A stretch of DNA of 64,000 nt from a virus (lineage: Duplodnaviria; Caudoviricetes): positions 1-64,000 of IMG/VR virus record IMGVR_UViG_3300025251_000012; one strand, given 5' to 3'. The notes under the pieces were generated by a model that was given only the letters and a program-made list of their open reading frames with translations, did not search any database and was not told where the DNA came from. Both the position numbers and the translations under genes were made by a program. Below are positions 26,042 through 36,482 of this stretch, piece by piece (within the stretch, counting starts at the first letter, position 1; each line of letters opens with the position of its first letter).

Positions 26042-27457
26042 ATGGGTGGCCGTAGAGGCGGTTTTGAGATGGCGGCCTGGAAAGAGAGCCAGTCAGGGGC
26101 TCATACAGACTCCTATATTATATATGATACGCGGATAAAATATGGGCGGGTATACCTGGATATAATTCACCCAATTAACGCTAAACAGTTTCAAAACGTA
26201 TGTTTTATCAACGCCATTAAAAGGCCTGTATTACATACAGTTGGCCTTGAGGCGTGTCTAGCAAAGCTGGGCGACGGCAGTATGGGCAGTATCGGCCTAA
26301 CAACAGCAGTTACGATTACAAGGCCTGGAATATGTGAACCATATGTTATGGGCATTGTAAATCAGGCCGACGCCGGAGATCGTCGTGGTGCTGTCACTCC
26401 GTCAGCAGAGGCGTTGGAGCGCGAAATAAGCATATCAGGAGAGTGTCCAAACTTTTTTATGTTTGGTAATGAAGGGACAGACACCGAACATTTCGTTGCG
26501 CACAATGGCGAGTTCCCCTCTGGTTATGACGCAGATGCGTATGCGGGGATTGTTGCCCGGGCAGACGGGATGGCTAAACTTACTGCCCGTAATCTGCAAG
26601 CACCCGACATGGTTAAAATTTTACTAGAGTTGGATTCTAGTATGGGGAATATTGAGCTTATACGTAGACCGGACCCCAAAAAAGAGCAGCCTGGTGTTGT
26701 AGTACCGACAGGCCTTGAGGCGCAATGCAACCCGCTGGAAAATGCCGCCTATGGTGGAAGGCTGATCGAATTTTTATCTAAAATGCTCATGGACCTTGAT
26801 GAGTACATAGCGTGTGTTGGGGCTATAGCTATTCAGCAGGGAAATCCCTTGTCATCATTTACGGCGCTTGTCGCCGCGAAGAGCCTCGAAGCCGCATTTG
26901 ATCCAGATATTGGGGGGCCTAATCCCGCGAAGGGTCCGTCGAAGGTTGAGATAAAGCTGGCTGCGGTAGAGAACAAACTCGCTTATACGACAGTGTTTCC
27001 CTCTGCGGAAGTAGCCGCATTAGATCCCGTTTTAGGGGCAACGGCGCTTCATCGTGCCGTAGACGGCAAACCTCCGTACACAGAAGTTTTTGCCGGGGAG
27101 AGAGTTTGGGCTAATTTAGGTTTCGAGGATGCCCTCTTCACTGAATTACAGGAAGCAGGCGGCTATTATGAAACATTTAGACAAAAAATATTGAAATATG
27201 CAACAGAGGATAACGGCACAACAACATTTGTTGAGACAAACGCATTGGGAGTGGCAGAAAAGGGGTTTTATACCCCTGGCGGCACCGACTTGCGGGTACC
27301 TTTTGTGCGTATTTCAAAAGAGAATTCTCTCACGAGTGAGGAAAAACCTGGAGGCGTAGAAGCCTCAAAGTATATTGCTAGTGCTGATATTGATGGGGTA
27401 CCCATCGACGAGAAGCCTAAGAATCTAAGTACACACGACGAATCTGAGCTTGTATAG
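26042..27457 (+). CDS. Putative baseplate spike/hub-associated protein
   Basis: Position; beta-rich N-terminus consistent with an OB fold; no stronger motif. Confidence 0.4.
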   Translation: MGGRRGGFEMAAWKESQSGAHTDSYIIYDTRIKYGRVYLDIIHPINAKQFQNVCFINAIKRPVLHTVGLEACLAKLGDGSMGSIGLTTAVTITRPGICEPYVMGIVNQADAGDRRGAVTPSAEALEREISISGECPNFFMFGNEGTDTEHFVAHNGEFPSGYDADAYAGIVARADGMAKLTARNLQAPDMVKILLELDSSMGNIELIRRPDPKKEQPGVVVPTGLEAQCNPLENAAYGGRLIEFLSKMLMDLDEYIACVGAIAIQQGNPLSSFTALVAAKSLEAAFDPDIGGPNPAKGPSKVEIKLAAVENKLAYTTVFPSAEVAALDPVLGATALHRAVDGKPPYTEVFAGERVWANLGFEDALFTELQEAGGYYETFRQKILKYATEDNGTTTFVETNALGVAEKGFYTPGGTDLRVPFVRISKENSLTSEEKPGGVEASKYIASADIDGVPIDEKPKNLSTHDESELV

Positions 27458-27466
27458 GGGGCCGCT

Positions 27467-29353
27467 ATGAAATCCGGCTTTAATTTTAACCAGTTTGGCA
27501 GTAAAAAGCTTAGTGCGGCAGACCAGGAGAGGCTTGATGATAAACGCGCCAGACTCCCCTTACACCCACCAATTGATAATTGGTACGCTAAAGCAACAGG
27601 TAGAGGGCGTCCAGGAGGTGGTAGGTCTACCCTTTATTATTTAACAACCCGCCCGGTTTATTGGAGGCTTAAGAAGGGCGTACCAATGCTTCTACCCGGA
27701 TGGAAAAAGGGGTCAGGCCCTTATAGGCCTGACCCACAGATTCTGCCTTTTGTAAGTTCAGTAAGTTATACAAAACGCCCGCAAATAACACCTGTGATGA
27801 CGTTTGGTACCGTTCCAGCACGACAAGTTCGTTACAGAATGCTTTATGACATTAGCATATCGGGAATGGCTCCTACGATGGACCACCCAGGAATTAATAT
27901 CATGCCGAGTGGTGGCGGTAAGGCTAAAAAGGTATCTGGTCCGCAGACGGGCGTAGAGATTCTTGATTCTCTGATTGAGTTTGTTGACAACTATACAAGG
28001 GCTCTAGGCCGAATGGGTAAGGGTACAAAACGTTACTACAGATCAACTAACACAGAATTAATGATTTTCCACGCGCCCTATGAAAATCTGAATCTTTTTG
28101 TAGAGCCATTAAGTTTAAACTATTCGAGGAGTAAAAGCGGCTCTCATTTTGGGTATACCTATGACATTAATTTTATGGCTTGGGGCGAAGGTCTTTGGGC
28201 TTCGCCCGAGTACGCGCTTGATATTGAGCAGCAAGAGCTATCTTTTTTGGAGACCATGCAACAGGCCATAGCTCAAGGCGCTGATATTGCGAACCGGGCC
28301 GAGAGCATGGTTGTCGGAAATCTTATGCAGGCGCAGCACATTTATATGAACGCGGTAGTTGGTTCAACACAAGCGCTTTCAACCGCTGTGACTGATCTTA
28401 CCAGCGGCGTTGTTGGCGCTGTGACTGGGATAATAGGAAGTTTAGACGTTGCGTGTAAGAACTTTAAAACAGCATTTGGCAATCTTGTGCCACAAGTGGC
28501 CTACGCCTACGGAATCCCCACTTGGTGGAACAATCCAATTCTAGACAAAGCAGAACGATCCTATAGAGAAGGTACAGAGGGTTATCGAGCAGTTCAAACG
28601 TCACAACAGTTGGTGTACCAAAAAGCCAGCCAAAGCCCCACCCTTACAAAAAATTATAAGGATTTTGTGGATAAAATTCCGTACCCGTTTTGGACCACAC
28701 AGGCGTTGGATTTTAATTTCGGCTCTATGCCCGGTTATGTGCCGCCACCAGATGCTGAAACTGAGCCCACAGAAGTTTACGTGGCTAAAGATGGAGACAC
28801 ATTTCAGTCTATAGCATTAGAGCAGTTAGGGTCTGTGGATATGTGGCCAGTTTTAATGCTACTTAATGGCGGCACCGAGGCCGATTTCTTAGCAGGACAT
28901 AAGCCTCTGCACATGGGTGCAAAAGTTATTGTGCCTACTTCAAACTTTAGTGCCGCACTAGGATCTTCGCCCACAGACGACCCATATTTAACGGATTATT
29001 TGCTGGCTGACGACGGAGATTTAGTCGCTGTTAATGACGAGTTTAACGACGTAAAGATTGTAACTGGTCCGTTGTGCCTTAAACAGGGTCTTCAGCATAG
29101 ACTTTCTATGCGCACAGGCGACTCCTTAGTATTTCCAGATAATGGGCTGGCGTTTGGTGCGGGAGACAACATCTCTATGGAGACTAGTGTGTTTATTTCT
29201 GAAGATGTGAAGAATCAAATTCTTAGCGATCCAAGGATTATAGAGTATAAACTATTAGAACTCATAGACGTAGGGCACGCAATCGAAGTAAACTCCCAGG
29301 CGACGGCGATTTCTGGGGCTTCTATTTCTTTAACGGTGCCAGTAAATTCATAG
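27467..29353 (+). CDS. Tail tube initiator-like + LysM + gp25-like wedge fusion
   Basis: YVAKDGDTFQSIALEQLGSVDMWPVLMLLN (LysM); DGDL....D..IVTG..CLKQGL.HRL..R.GD...FPDNG and ILSDPRI (gp25-like). Confidence 0.7.
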   Translation: MKSGFNFNQFGSKKLSAADQERLDDKRARLPLHPPIDNWYAKATGRGRPGGGRSTLYYLTTRPVYWRLKKGVPMLLPGWKKGSGPYRPDPQILPFVSSVSYTKRPQITPVMTFGTVPARQVRYRMLYDISISGMAPTMDHPGINIMPSGGGKAKKVSGPQTGVEILDSLIEFVDNYTRALGRMGKGTKRYYRSTNTELMIFHAPYENLNLFVEPLSLNYSRSKSGSHFGYTYDINFMAWGEGLWASPEYALDIEQQELSFLETMQQAIAQGADIANRAESMVVGNLMQAQHIYMNAVVGSTQALSTAVTDLTSGVVGAVTGIIGSLDVACKNFKTAFGNLVPQVAYAYGIPTWWNNPILDKAERSYREGTEGYRAVQTSQQLVYQKASQSPTLTKNYKDFVDKIPYPFWTTQALDFNFGSMPGYVPPPDAETEPTEVYVAKDGDTFQSIALEQLGSVDMWPVLMLLNGGTEADFLAGHKPLHMGAKVIVPTSNFSAALGSSPTDDPYLTDYLLADDGDLVAVNDEFNDVKIVTGPLCLKQGLQHRLSMRTGDSLVFPDNGLAFGAGDNISMETSVFISEDVKNQILSDPRIIEYKLLELIDVGHAIEVNSQATAISGASISLTVPVNS

Positions 29354-29368
29354 GCGAGGAAAACAGGC

Positions 29369-31006
29369 GTGCCTTACGTACCTAGATTATATGATGAGCT
29401 TTTCCAGTCATTACTGGCGCGGGTGGTCACACAGTCTAAACTTACGGACGTAAGCCCAGGCTCTGTGCTGACGCATTTATTGGGCACTGTTGCTCAAGAG
29501 ATAGAACTGGCAGAATATCGGCTAGAGCAAATCCGCGATTCTTTTGATTTTGATAATGCTAGTGGTTCAGACCTTGATCTAAGGATTCAAGACCTACCTT
29601 TGGCCCAAATTTGGCGCAAAGAAGCTTCAAAGGCTTCTGGCGAGGTTATGCGGCTAACATTAGTACGTCTTGAAACTTCTCCAGACGAACTAGAAATACC
29701 GGCGGGCTTGATCTACAAACGTTCTGATAACGAGGATGTGTCTTATATACAAACAGCTACTGTTTTTGTAGATATGACCGTCGCTCCATCTGGCGGCCCA
29801 TGGGTTGTTGATGCTACGCACGAATACCCAGATCCCAATAACCCGCTAGTTGCCGGTATTAGGGTGCTTTCTACTGCCGCTGGGACCATTGGTAATGCCA
29901 GTAAGGATATTATTGACCTCTCCCCAGTAGGCGCTCCAGACGAAATAGTCGCCTCTACAAATGTGTTCCCCTGCATTGGGGGCACTGATGGTGAAAGTGA
30001 CGCTGCTTTAAAAGCCCGGGCCAGAAATTATTTGGGGGCCTTAAGTCGAATAACATCTGCTGCATTGATGTATATAGCCAAGACGTTTTCTTCGACGGAT
30101 GGCACTACTTTTAAGCACGTAAGCGTGTATGAGCCCGTCGAGGTTAAAGGGTACACAGAACTTCTTGTAGATCCAGGCTCCGCTAACCTCTCTACTGGGG
30201 CTACACTGGCTCAAAACTATTCCAAATCTAGTGCAAAAACAATCTATAGTTGGCCTTATGATAGTGATCCGCCGCCATATTTTACGCACGAAGCCCCTTC
30301 CGTGGAAGATCTTACAGATGACAACGTTCTTTTAGGTGGTTTTTGGGAAGGCTGGGCTGGCCCAGAAGACTGGGAATCCTCTCTTGTTTATTACCCATTG
30401 TCGCACCCCAAGGTGCGGCAAATGTTCGGCATACCAGACGGCGAAAAGTTTGTACTATCTATTGGCGAGCGGGGTATCTTGTATTTAAACACGGACTACA
30501 AAATTAAGTGGTCCGATGTCTCAGCAGATACGCAAATAGCGGTCTGGGGGCAAAGCATTAACTTTGCAACCTATGGCCATTTACTTTCTATTGGAAGCGA
30601 CGAAAATCCCGTTAGAGTTTACATAGGGGCACTTGCAGAATTTCAAGCAATAATAGAGGGAGATCCTAGTGATCCTGTGGCTATGCCCGGGTATCGCCCT
30701 GCCGGTACGCGAGTAAGAGTAGTATTACCTACGACACAGTTTGTTACTGGCGGCGTCAGCCTTGATATTACGTATGCAGTAGGCGCTGATATTGAAGCGG
30801 CTGGACCCGAGGTTCTGAATAGGGTTCTTTACTATGCGGCGGAATTAGGCCCCGGAGATCCCCTATTGGTGGCTGAACTGTATTCAACTATCATGGCTAT
30901 TGACGGTATTATAAACGTCCATGTAAAAAAACCGCTAAATGACGTGTGGCCCATCGACGCACGGCATTCTTTAAGAATAGATCCTGACGAGATTGATCTT
31001 TTCTAG
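29369..31006 (+). CDS. Baseplate J-like wedge protein
   Basis: KLTDVSPGSVL..LL..VA.E, A.G..LD, AGTIGN, GGTDGESDAALKAR, terminal LGPGDPL......IMAIDGI.NV. Confidence 0.88.
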   Translation: MPYVPRLYDELFQSLLARVVTQSKLTDVSPGSVLTHLLGTVAQEIELAEYRLEQIRDSFDFDNASGSDLDLRIQDLPLAQIWRKEASKASGEVMRLTLVRLETSPDELEIPAGLIYKRSDNEDVSYIQTATVFVDMTVAPSGGPWVVDATHEYPDPNNPLVAGIRVLSTAAGTIGNASKDIIDLSPVGAPDEIVASTNVFPCIGGTDGESDAALKARARNYLGALSRITSAALMYIAKTFSSTDGTTFKHVSVYEPVEVKGYTELLVDPGSANLSTGATLAQNYSKSSAKTIYSWPYDSDPPPYFTHEAPSVEDLTDDNVLLGGFWEGWAGPEDWESSLVYYPLSHPKVRQMFGIPDGEKFVLSIGERGILYLNTDYKIKWSDVSADTQIAVWGQSINFATYGHLLSIGSDENPVRVYIGALAEFQAIIEGDPSDPVAMPGYRPAGTRVRVVLPTTQFVTGGVSLDITYAVGADIEAAGPEVLNRVLYYAAELGPGDPLLVAELYSTIMAIDGIINVHVKKPLNDVWPIDARHSLRIDPDEIDLF

Positions 31007-31017
31007 GGAGATTTTGA

Positions 31018-34000
31018 ATGAAAAAGGTCAAGTTTTACGAAAACGAACGTTTAGACATTGTAGACGCTGCGGCACTTGCAGAGCTTCCGTATGGCTATAT
31101 GCAGCAGGTAACGCATGCCATGGGGCTAGGGTATGCAAACGGCATTATCCCCGATGTAATACATTCTGGGCAAGGGCGTCTAGTCCCAGGTAAAACCAGA
31201 TATTACGACGAAGAAGAACAAGTCTGGAAAACGGAAGAAAAGAGCTTCGGCTCTTTTGTCCCCACAGATAACTTTCAATCTGAAGATAAACGCCCTGTTG
31301 TAGATAATAGTGCTTTTACCCTAGGCAGGATTGAAGTTTCAGGACGCTTTTATGTTTACCGGTCTAACCAAGGTATGTGGGATTATACTGATGACGTTGA
31401 TGGTGGTAAGCCGGATCAGTATTGGGCTAATAAAAGCGGCGGGACAGGTGTTATAACTTGTTTTGATGGCGCAAACCCAGACCAACCGACCACTATAACA
31501 GTCGGCGTGACTGAATTACTTGAGGACGTTAACTCGCGCGGCGAAAGTGCTGCAAAAGAGTGGTCTATTTGGGCGCGTAGGCTAGAGCACCCTGTTGCGA
31601 ATGAAAGCCGCCGCTTTTGGAGCGTGGCAGCTTCGCAAGAAGTACTTCAAGCCGTCCATACGAGAGTAGAGGGTCTTGTTGAGTTTGCCTGTGCCCCGAC
31701 ATTGGATTCTGAGGGCAAAATGCGGGCAGCCGGTTGGGTACGCGCATTTGATGGCGTCGGTATGTATAAAGGGCCTTTAACCGCAGACGGTTCTGATGCT
31801 CGATACGCTTCAGGCCCCGTTTGGCGGCCGGTGCTCGCGTTTGACTATTGGAGGCAATGGGCTGGGAACGCTAAAAATGTAGCTATGAGCCCGAACGATT
31901 CATACGCTAGTCGAGCGTCTTTTCCATATTGGCCCGGGTCAAAATCCGGGGGTACCGGAGGGAACCCAATAGAACCCATTATTGGCAATATTCATAATAG
32001 GTTTGATCATTTAGATCTACTTCAGGTTAAAAATACAAGCCAGGTTAGTGGGTACTATAGATGGCTAACTTCTATCACGGATACAGTGAAAAAACGTATT
32101 CGCCCTTCTGGCCCAGATAATCATGGACCTTCAAAATGTAGTAACTTTGATGCTGGGCTAGAGTCTAATTACGAAGAGTTCCCGATCGGGTACCCACATG
32201 GCATTGACCATTTGTCAGGGGATCTTTATCACATAATGCCAGGAACATCGACCCTTGTAACTGGTGATTCCAGCGCCGCAGATGCGGACATTGGCTTTGT
32301 GGGCAATCATACGTCAGCGCAGTCTTTTCTTTTTGATTCTAACGGTCAACCGGGCAGGGCGTTTGATCTGTACGATTGCTTGATGAATAGTGATGATCCC
32401 ATTTTTGGTCAGAATTGCACTTCTTTAGGTGAATTGGTTTTTAGGCTTGCACGTGCTGTTAGCCAGCTTCGATCGGGGACAGATTTAGACCCCTATTTGT
32501 TTCGGCGGACGTATGAGCGCCAAGCTAAAACAGCTTGGGCAGGAGGGCCTAGAAAAGGCACACTAAACGAGCCCCAAACGCAGACTGATCTACAATTCGG
32601 TACAGGTACTGCACCAACGGATTCGTGGTTTCAGCACCAAGTTAATGCTGCCCCGACGCAGAATCGTCAGGGCAGCTTTATATTTGATGGTCATAATACA
32701 GACACCGTTAGACCGCTTTCTCATTTAGAAGAATTTTATGACAACTATGCTTTCGCACACCCGCACATTCTTTACCAAGGGTCGTGGTATTGGAGCGCTA
32801 ATACCGCTAGGGTATTACCTACAGCCCTTGGCGAACCAGAAGATGCCCAGCAAGTGAATCACCTTAGTGGGGGTCACGGAATCGGCCTGTTTGCGGGCTC
32901 TAAGCCCAGTGAAACGGTCAGTAACGGCTGGCTCCCCGTTGGAAGGCAGTTTAACCCTCATAAGTGCTCTATAGCTAAAAATGGTGGGTATGGGGCCTTT
33001 CGCTCCGTTGCTCCGAGGACATACTCGCGTAAAAGCCAGATGGACGACGGCTCTCCCGCAGTGGACTACGGCAGTGGGGATCATTATGCCGCCGCTTCGT
33101 CGGATTTGGCCCTGCCCAACCCCCAGGTAGCGGACGCGGCAAGTATGCTTACTCGGGGATTTTCCCCCAACGGCATCGCGGGTTATCCGAGACTTGTTGG
33201 CCCAGGTAATGGGTGGGGCGATGGGACGTTAATCCCTTTTGAAGGCGGATTTGAGTTTTGTTTGATGGTTCCGTGTGAGTTTCAAATTACCGCCGTTCAT
33301 GTGCAACCCCTATCTACGTGGGGTGCGAGCAACGCCGGAGGATCAGGAGACCATCTCAACGATCTTCGGTACGAGTGGGTCGCCCAAAACGAGCACCAAC
33401 CTGAGTCTTCCCAGGTACACTATAACGATACTTTGTATCGAAATACGGCGCTTGCGGTAAATGCCAGCAATACGCTAGGGATTGTGGGCTCTAACTCTGT
33501 TCATGGAGAGCAGATCCACAAAAGAATACTAGTTCATGTAAATAACCCAACTGAGGGCATCGCCACGCATCCGCCTAAGAATTTCAATATCACTGTATAC
33601 GGCAATTACTTTAGACATACTGGGGACTTTGTATACCGTAATGAGGGCGGTACTAACTCTGGGGATAGAACAGCCGCGCATAATTTGGGCAACGCGGGAT
33701 GGGCGGACCAGCACATGAAACAACTCTGGCGAACGCCGAGGTCGCTAACGAGGGTTTCGGCAATGGATCAGCACATGAGCGGCTATGGCGACACGCTGGC
33801 ATATGGGAGAGTCCAAAATTCGTATACACCGAAGCCATCGGAGGCCCCAGGATATTTAGACGATTCTACTGCTTACGAGGGCGGGCCTACTACGTATGGA
33901 TACCAATATGGTAAGCGGCGAAGATACGACAACGTAGTAGGCTTTGGTCAGCACAATCAGAGTGTAGAGCAACAGCATCCGTGGCCAGTTTCAAATTTAG

Positions 34001-34308
34001 GTGGCCCCAACACGTCTGAAGGGATAGCTAACACAGGCGATATTGTCGTTGAGGGGGATTCGTATATACCATTATCGGCGCAATCACCAGCCGCGCCCCC
34101 CGGCTGTAATGATGCACATAATATGAATTATCTTGCTGTTGATATGGGCGGGGAACCAAACCCATATTTGGAAGTCTCTGGCATTGGCGCTGAAGCCGGG
34201 TTGGCGGTTGAAGCAGACATAGGTAAGGTAAACCCGCCAAATATATTCCCCAGCATTGATTGGTGGTCAGGGTATCCGGGTCAGCGCGGCGTAATAGGGG
34301 GTTGGTAA
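31018..34308 (+). CDS. Large baseplate/tail-associated protein
   Basis: 1096 aa ORF directly after the J-like gene; MKKVKFYENERLDIVD N-terminus; aromatic/Gly-rich. Confidence 0.6.
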   Translation: MKKVKFYENERLDIVDAAALAELPYGYMQQVTHAMGLGYANGIIPDVIHSGQGRLVPGKTRYYDEEEQVWKTEEKSFGSFVPTDNFQSEDKRPVVDNSAFTLGRIEVSGRFYVYRSNQGMWDYTDDVDGGKPDQYWANKSGGTGVITCFDGANPDQPTTITVGVTELLEDVNSRGESAAKEWSIWARRLEHPVANESRRFWSVAASQEVLQAVHTRVEGLVEFACAPTLDSEGKMRAAGWVRAFDGVGMYKGPLTADGSDARYASGPVWRPVLAFDYWRQWAGNAKNVAMSPNDSYASRASFPYWPGSKSGGTGGNPIEPIIGNIHNRFDHLDLLQVKNTSQVSGYYRWLTSITDTVKKRIRPSGPDNHGPSKCSNFDAGLESNYEEFPIGYPHGIDHLSGDLYHIMPGTSTLVTGDSSAADADIGFVGNHTSAQSFLFDSNGQPGRAFDLYDCLMNSDDPIFGQNCTSLGELVFRLARAVSQLRSGTDLDPYLFRRTYERQAKTAWAGGPRKGTLNEPQTQTDLQFGTGTAPTDSWFQHQVNAAPTQNRQGSFIFDGHNTDTVRPLSHLEEFYDNYAFAHPHILYQGSWYWSANTARVLPTALGEPEDAQQVNHLSGGHGIGLFAGSKPSETVSNGWLPVGRQFNPHKCSIAKNGGYGAFRSVAPRTYSRKSQMDDGSPAVDYGSGDHYAAASSDLALPNPQVADAASMLTRGFSPNGIAGYPRLVGPGNGWGDGTLIPFEGGFEFCLMVPCEFQITAVHVQPLSTWGASNAGGSGDHLNDLRYEWVAQNEHQPESSQVHYNDTLYRNTALAVNASNTLGIVGSNSVHGEQIHKRILVHVNNPTEGIATHPPKNFNITVYGNYFRHTGDFVYRNEGGTNSGDRTAAHNLGNAGWADQHMKQLWRTPRSLTRVSAMDQHMSGYGDTLAYGRVQNSYTPKPSEAPGYLDDSTAYEGGPTTYGYQYGKRRRYDNVVGFGQHNQSVEQQHPWPVSNLGGPNTSEGIANTGDIVVEGDSYIPLSAQSPAAPPGCNDAHNMNYLAVDMGGEPNPYLEVSGIGAEAGLAVEADIGKVNPPNIFPSIDWWSGYPGQRGVIGGW

Positions 34309-36480
34309 ATGTCTAAACCAACGGCAATTACTAATGTAGATGTTTTAATAAATCAGAGTGCGATTGGCACAAGCCTAACGCAAGCTCTTGGTACGGCAAC
34401 GGGAGTGGATTCACAGGGTGGTAGGAACATACAAACGTTTACGTGGGTTTTATTGTCTAAACCAGAGGGGTCTTCTGCGGTTATTACGAGCCCAAGCACC
34501 TCTAGCCCAACACTAGCCTCTATAGACACGTGGGGAAATTACCTTGTATTTTTACGTGTAACGGACATTTATGGGTCCGTTAGTGAAGCAGATCCTACCA
34601 GAGCACCCAGCACAGCTTTGCAAACAATCCGCGTTCAGTCGGCAGGGCTTAGTCTAGAAAAACCGGCAGCGGGCGAGCGGGCATGGACGACCTCTGTGCA
34701 CAAAGTTATCGACGCCGTAGAAAGTTTAAACACTTCTTACACGGCCGTGGCCCCTGTTAAGCGTTTGGCCGGTACACAGGCTAGTGCACAGGAGTTAGAT
34801 CGTCTTGTAGCCGAAGAAGTGCTTACAGGCATGCACACGCATAAAGGCTCTGACGTTACGCAAGCTTCTATGGCGAATCGTGGTGCCGTGTCCTTGGCTT
34901 ATGAGCCTTTATCTGTTTCTGCCCCAAAGGTAGCTAATCAGGTTCGCGGTGCTTGGCACACACGCTGGGAACATCTTACGGGATTAGGCCCGCTTGGAAG
35001 CCAAGCGACCATTACATTTACTGGTAATCCAGCGACAGATTCGTCTGAAACATTAACGCTGATATCTACCGATGGAACCGTTGTTGTTTACACGGCGGCT
35101 CTGGCCTCAGACTATACACGGGGGAACAATGATTTTCAGGCCGATGAGTCTGTTGCGAACATCGCCGCAAAGTTAAAACTAGCAATTGACAACGAAGGGG
35201 GTCACGGCGGGAAACTTACTGTTGCGGACGATAGCGCCGGAACTTTGACCATAACCCAAACCGTTCCCGGCGCTGCCGGTAACACGTACTTGTTTAGCAC
35301 GTTATCTAATACCACTATCGTCGGGTTTGATAACGGTGGCCGCAGTAATATTTTGCAGGGCGGCGGGCTTGAAGAAGAGATTTTAGCCTCTTTCACGGTC
35401 GCAGATACTAATCTAACTGTGAATTCAATCGGTGTTTCCGCTTTACAGGCTAGAGGGTCAACAAATCCTACTGTAGTACAGTTTAGACTATTAACTGCCA
35501 GTGAGTTTAAGGGCTTGAACACGCCCCATGTTGAGTCTGGTACCGCCCTTTCTACCACCGGAACTCTTTTAGGGGACGTAACTCTTACGCATACAAATAT
35601 TTCTGACGTAGGAAAACCCTTATCTGCTTATGCCGATCTTGGGGCCGTGTCTTGTGCGCAAGGCTCTGTAATTGTTGCGAGACCAACCGCTTTACTTGAG
35701 GCAACAAGGCCCTACATAGATTTGATAGTAACGGACTATACGGCCATTACTAGCGGAGATACGGTAACGCTTAATACGAGGGATGAGACAACAGCCTATG
35801 TGTTTGCGTCTACAGTTAATACTACATGGCACGCGGCAACGAGTAATAACACCACAGCAACAAATATTGCCGCGTGGATTAATAACACGGCATCTACTTA
35901 TCCAGGAACAGAGTTTGTGTGTAGCGCCCCCACGCTTGACACAAGTGTGCAAAATGCGGCTACAGCAACCGTAACTGTCACTGATTTTACCGAACTCAAC
36001 TCTACGGATTCGATTGAACTTGTGTCCACCTCTGGCGTGCGCGCCACTTTCTCGGAGACCTCAGAATGGGAAGCTACAGTAAGTAATAATCAAACGGCCG
36101 CTAATATAGCAACGGCTATAAATGCCAACGCGAATTTCACAGCAAGCGCTGTGAGCACCAATGTGGTGACTATAACGCAGTCAACAGTCGGGTCTTCTGG
36201 GAACACAACTATCACCTTGGTAGATACCGGTAGCGCCGGGATGTCAAAAACAGACTTTACGGGCGGCGTTAGCGCTACGGCTACTGTACGCGTAACAGTT
36301 TTAAATGATTATGGGGCACGCTATGGGGATGCGACTGTAACTATGGCCACGGGCGGGGGCATTACTTTGGGTACAAGCGGTAGCGCCACAACGTCTACAT
36401 TTAGTGGTGGCGGACATGCGGGCGACGATTTCACAGCTAACGCGCTTGATATCATTGTTAACTGGAAGAAGAGGTACTAA
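34309..36480 (+). CDS. Tail fibre/structural protein with an N-terminal PKD-like domain and internal repeats
   Basis: TFTWVLLSKPEGSSA......PTL..D..GNY...L.VTD; three related Thr/Asn-rich units containing A.NIA..I.N. Confidence 0.6.
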   Translation: MSKPTAITNVDVLINQSAIGTSLTQALGTATGVDSQGGRNIQTFTWVLLSKPEGSSAVITSPSTSSPTLASIDTWGNYLVFLRVTDIYGSVSEADPTRAPSTALQTIRVQSAGLSLEKPAAGERAWTTSVHKVIDAVESLNTSYTAVAPVKRLAGTQASAQELDRLVAEEVLTGMHTHKGSDVTQASMANRGAVSLAYEPLSVSAPKVANQVRGAWHTRWEHLTGLGPLGSQATITFTGNPATDSSETLTLISTDGTVVVYTAALASDYTRGNNDFQADESVANIAAKLKLAIDNEGGHGGKLTVADDSAGTLTITQTVPGAAGNTYLFSTLSNTTIVGFDNGGRSNILQGGGLEEEILASFTVADTNLTVNSIGVSALQARGSTNPTVVQFRLLTASEFKGLNTPHVESGTALSTTGTLLGDVTLTHTNISDVGKPLSAYADLGAVSCAQGSVIVARPTALLEATRPYIDLIVTDYTAITSGDTVTLNTRDETTAYVFASTVNTTWHAATSNNTTATNIAAWINNTASTYPGTEFVCSAPTLDTSVQNAATATVTVTDFTELNSTDSIELVSTSGVRATFSETSEWEATVSNNQTAANIATAINANANFTASAVSTNVVTITQSTVGSSGNTTITLVDTGSAGMSKTDFTGGVSATATVRVTVLNDYGARYGDATVTMATGGGITLGTSGSATTSTFSGGGHAGDDFTANALDIIVNWKKRY

Positions 36481-36482
36481 TT

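Noticed and set aside
18779-31006. Sheath/tube/baseplate cluster as an eCIS, tailocin or T6SS
   Set aside because: Terminase, portal, protease and capsid genes are co-linear, so it is a complete phage morphogenesis module
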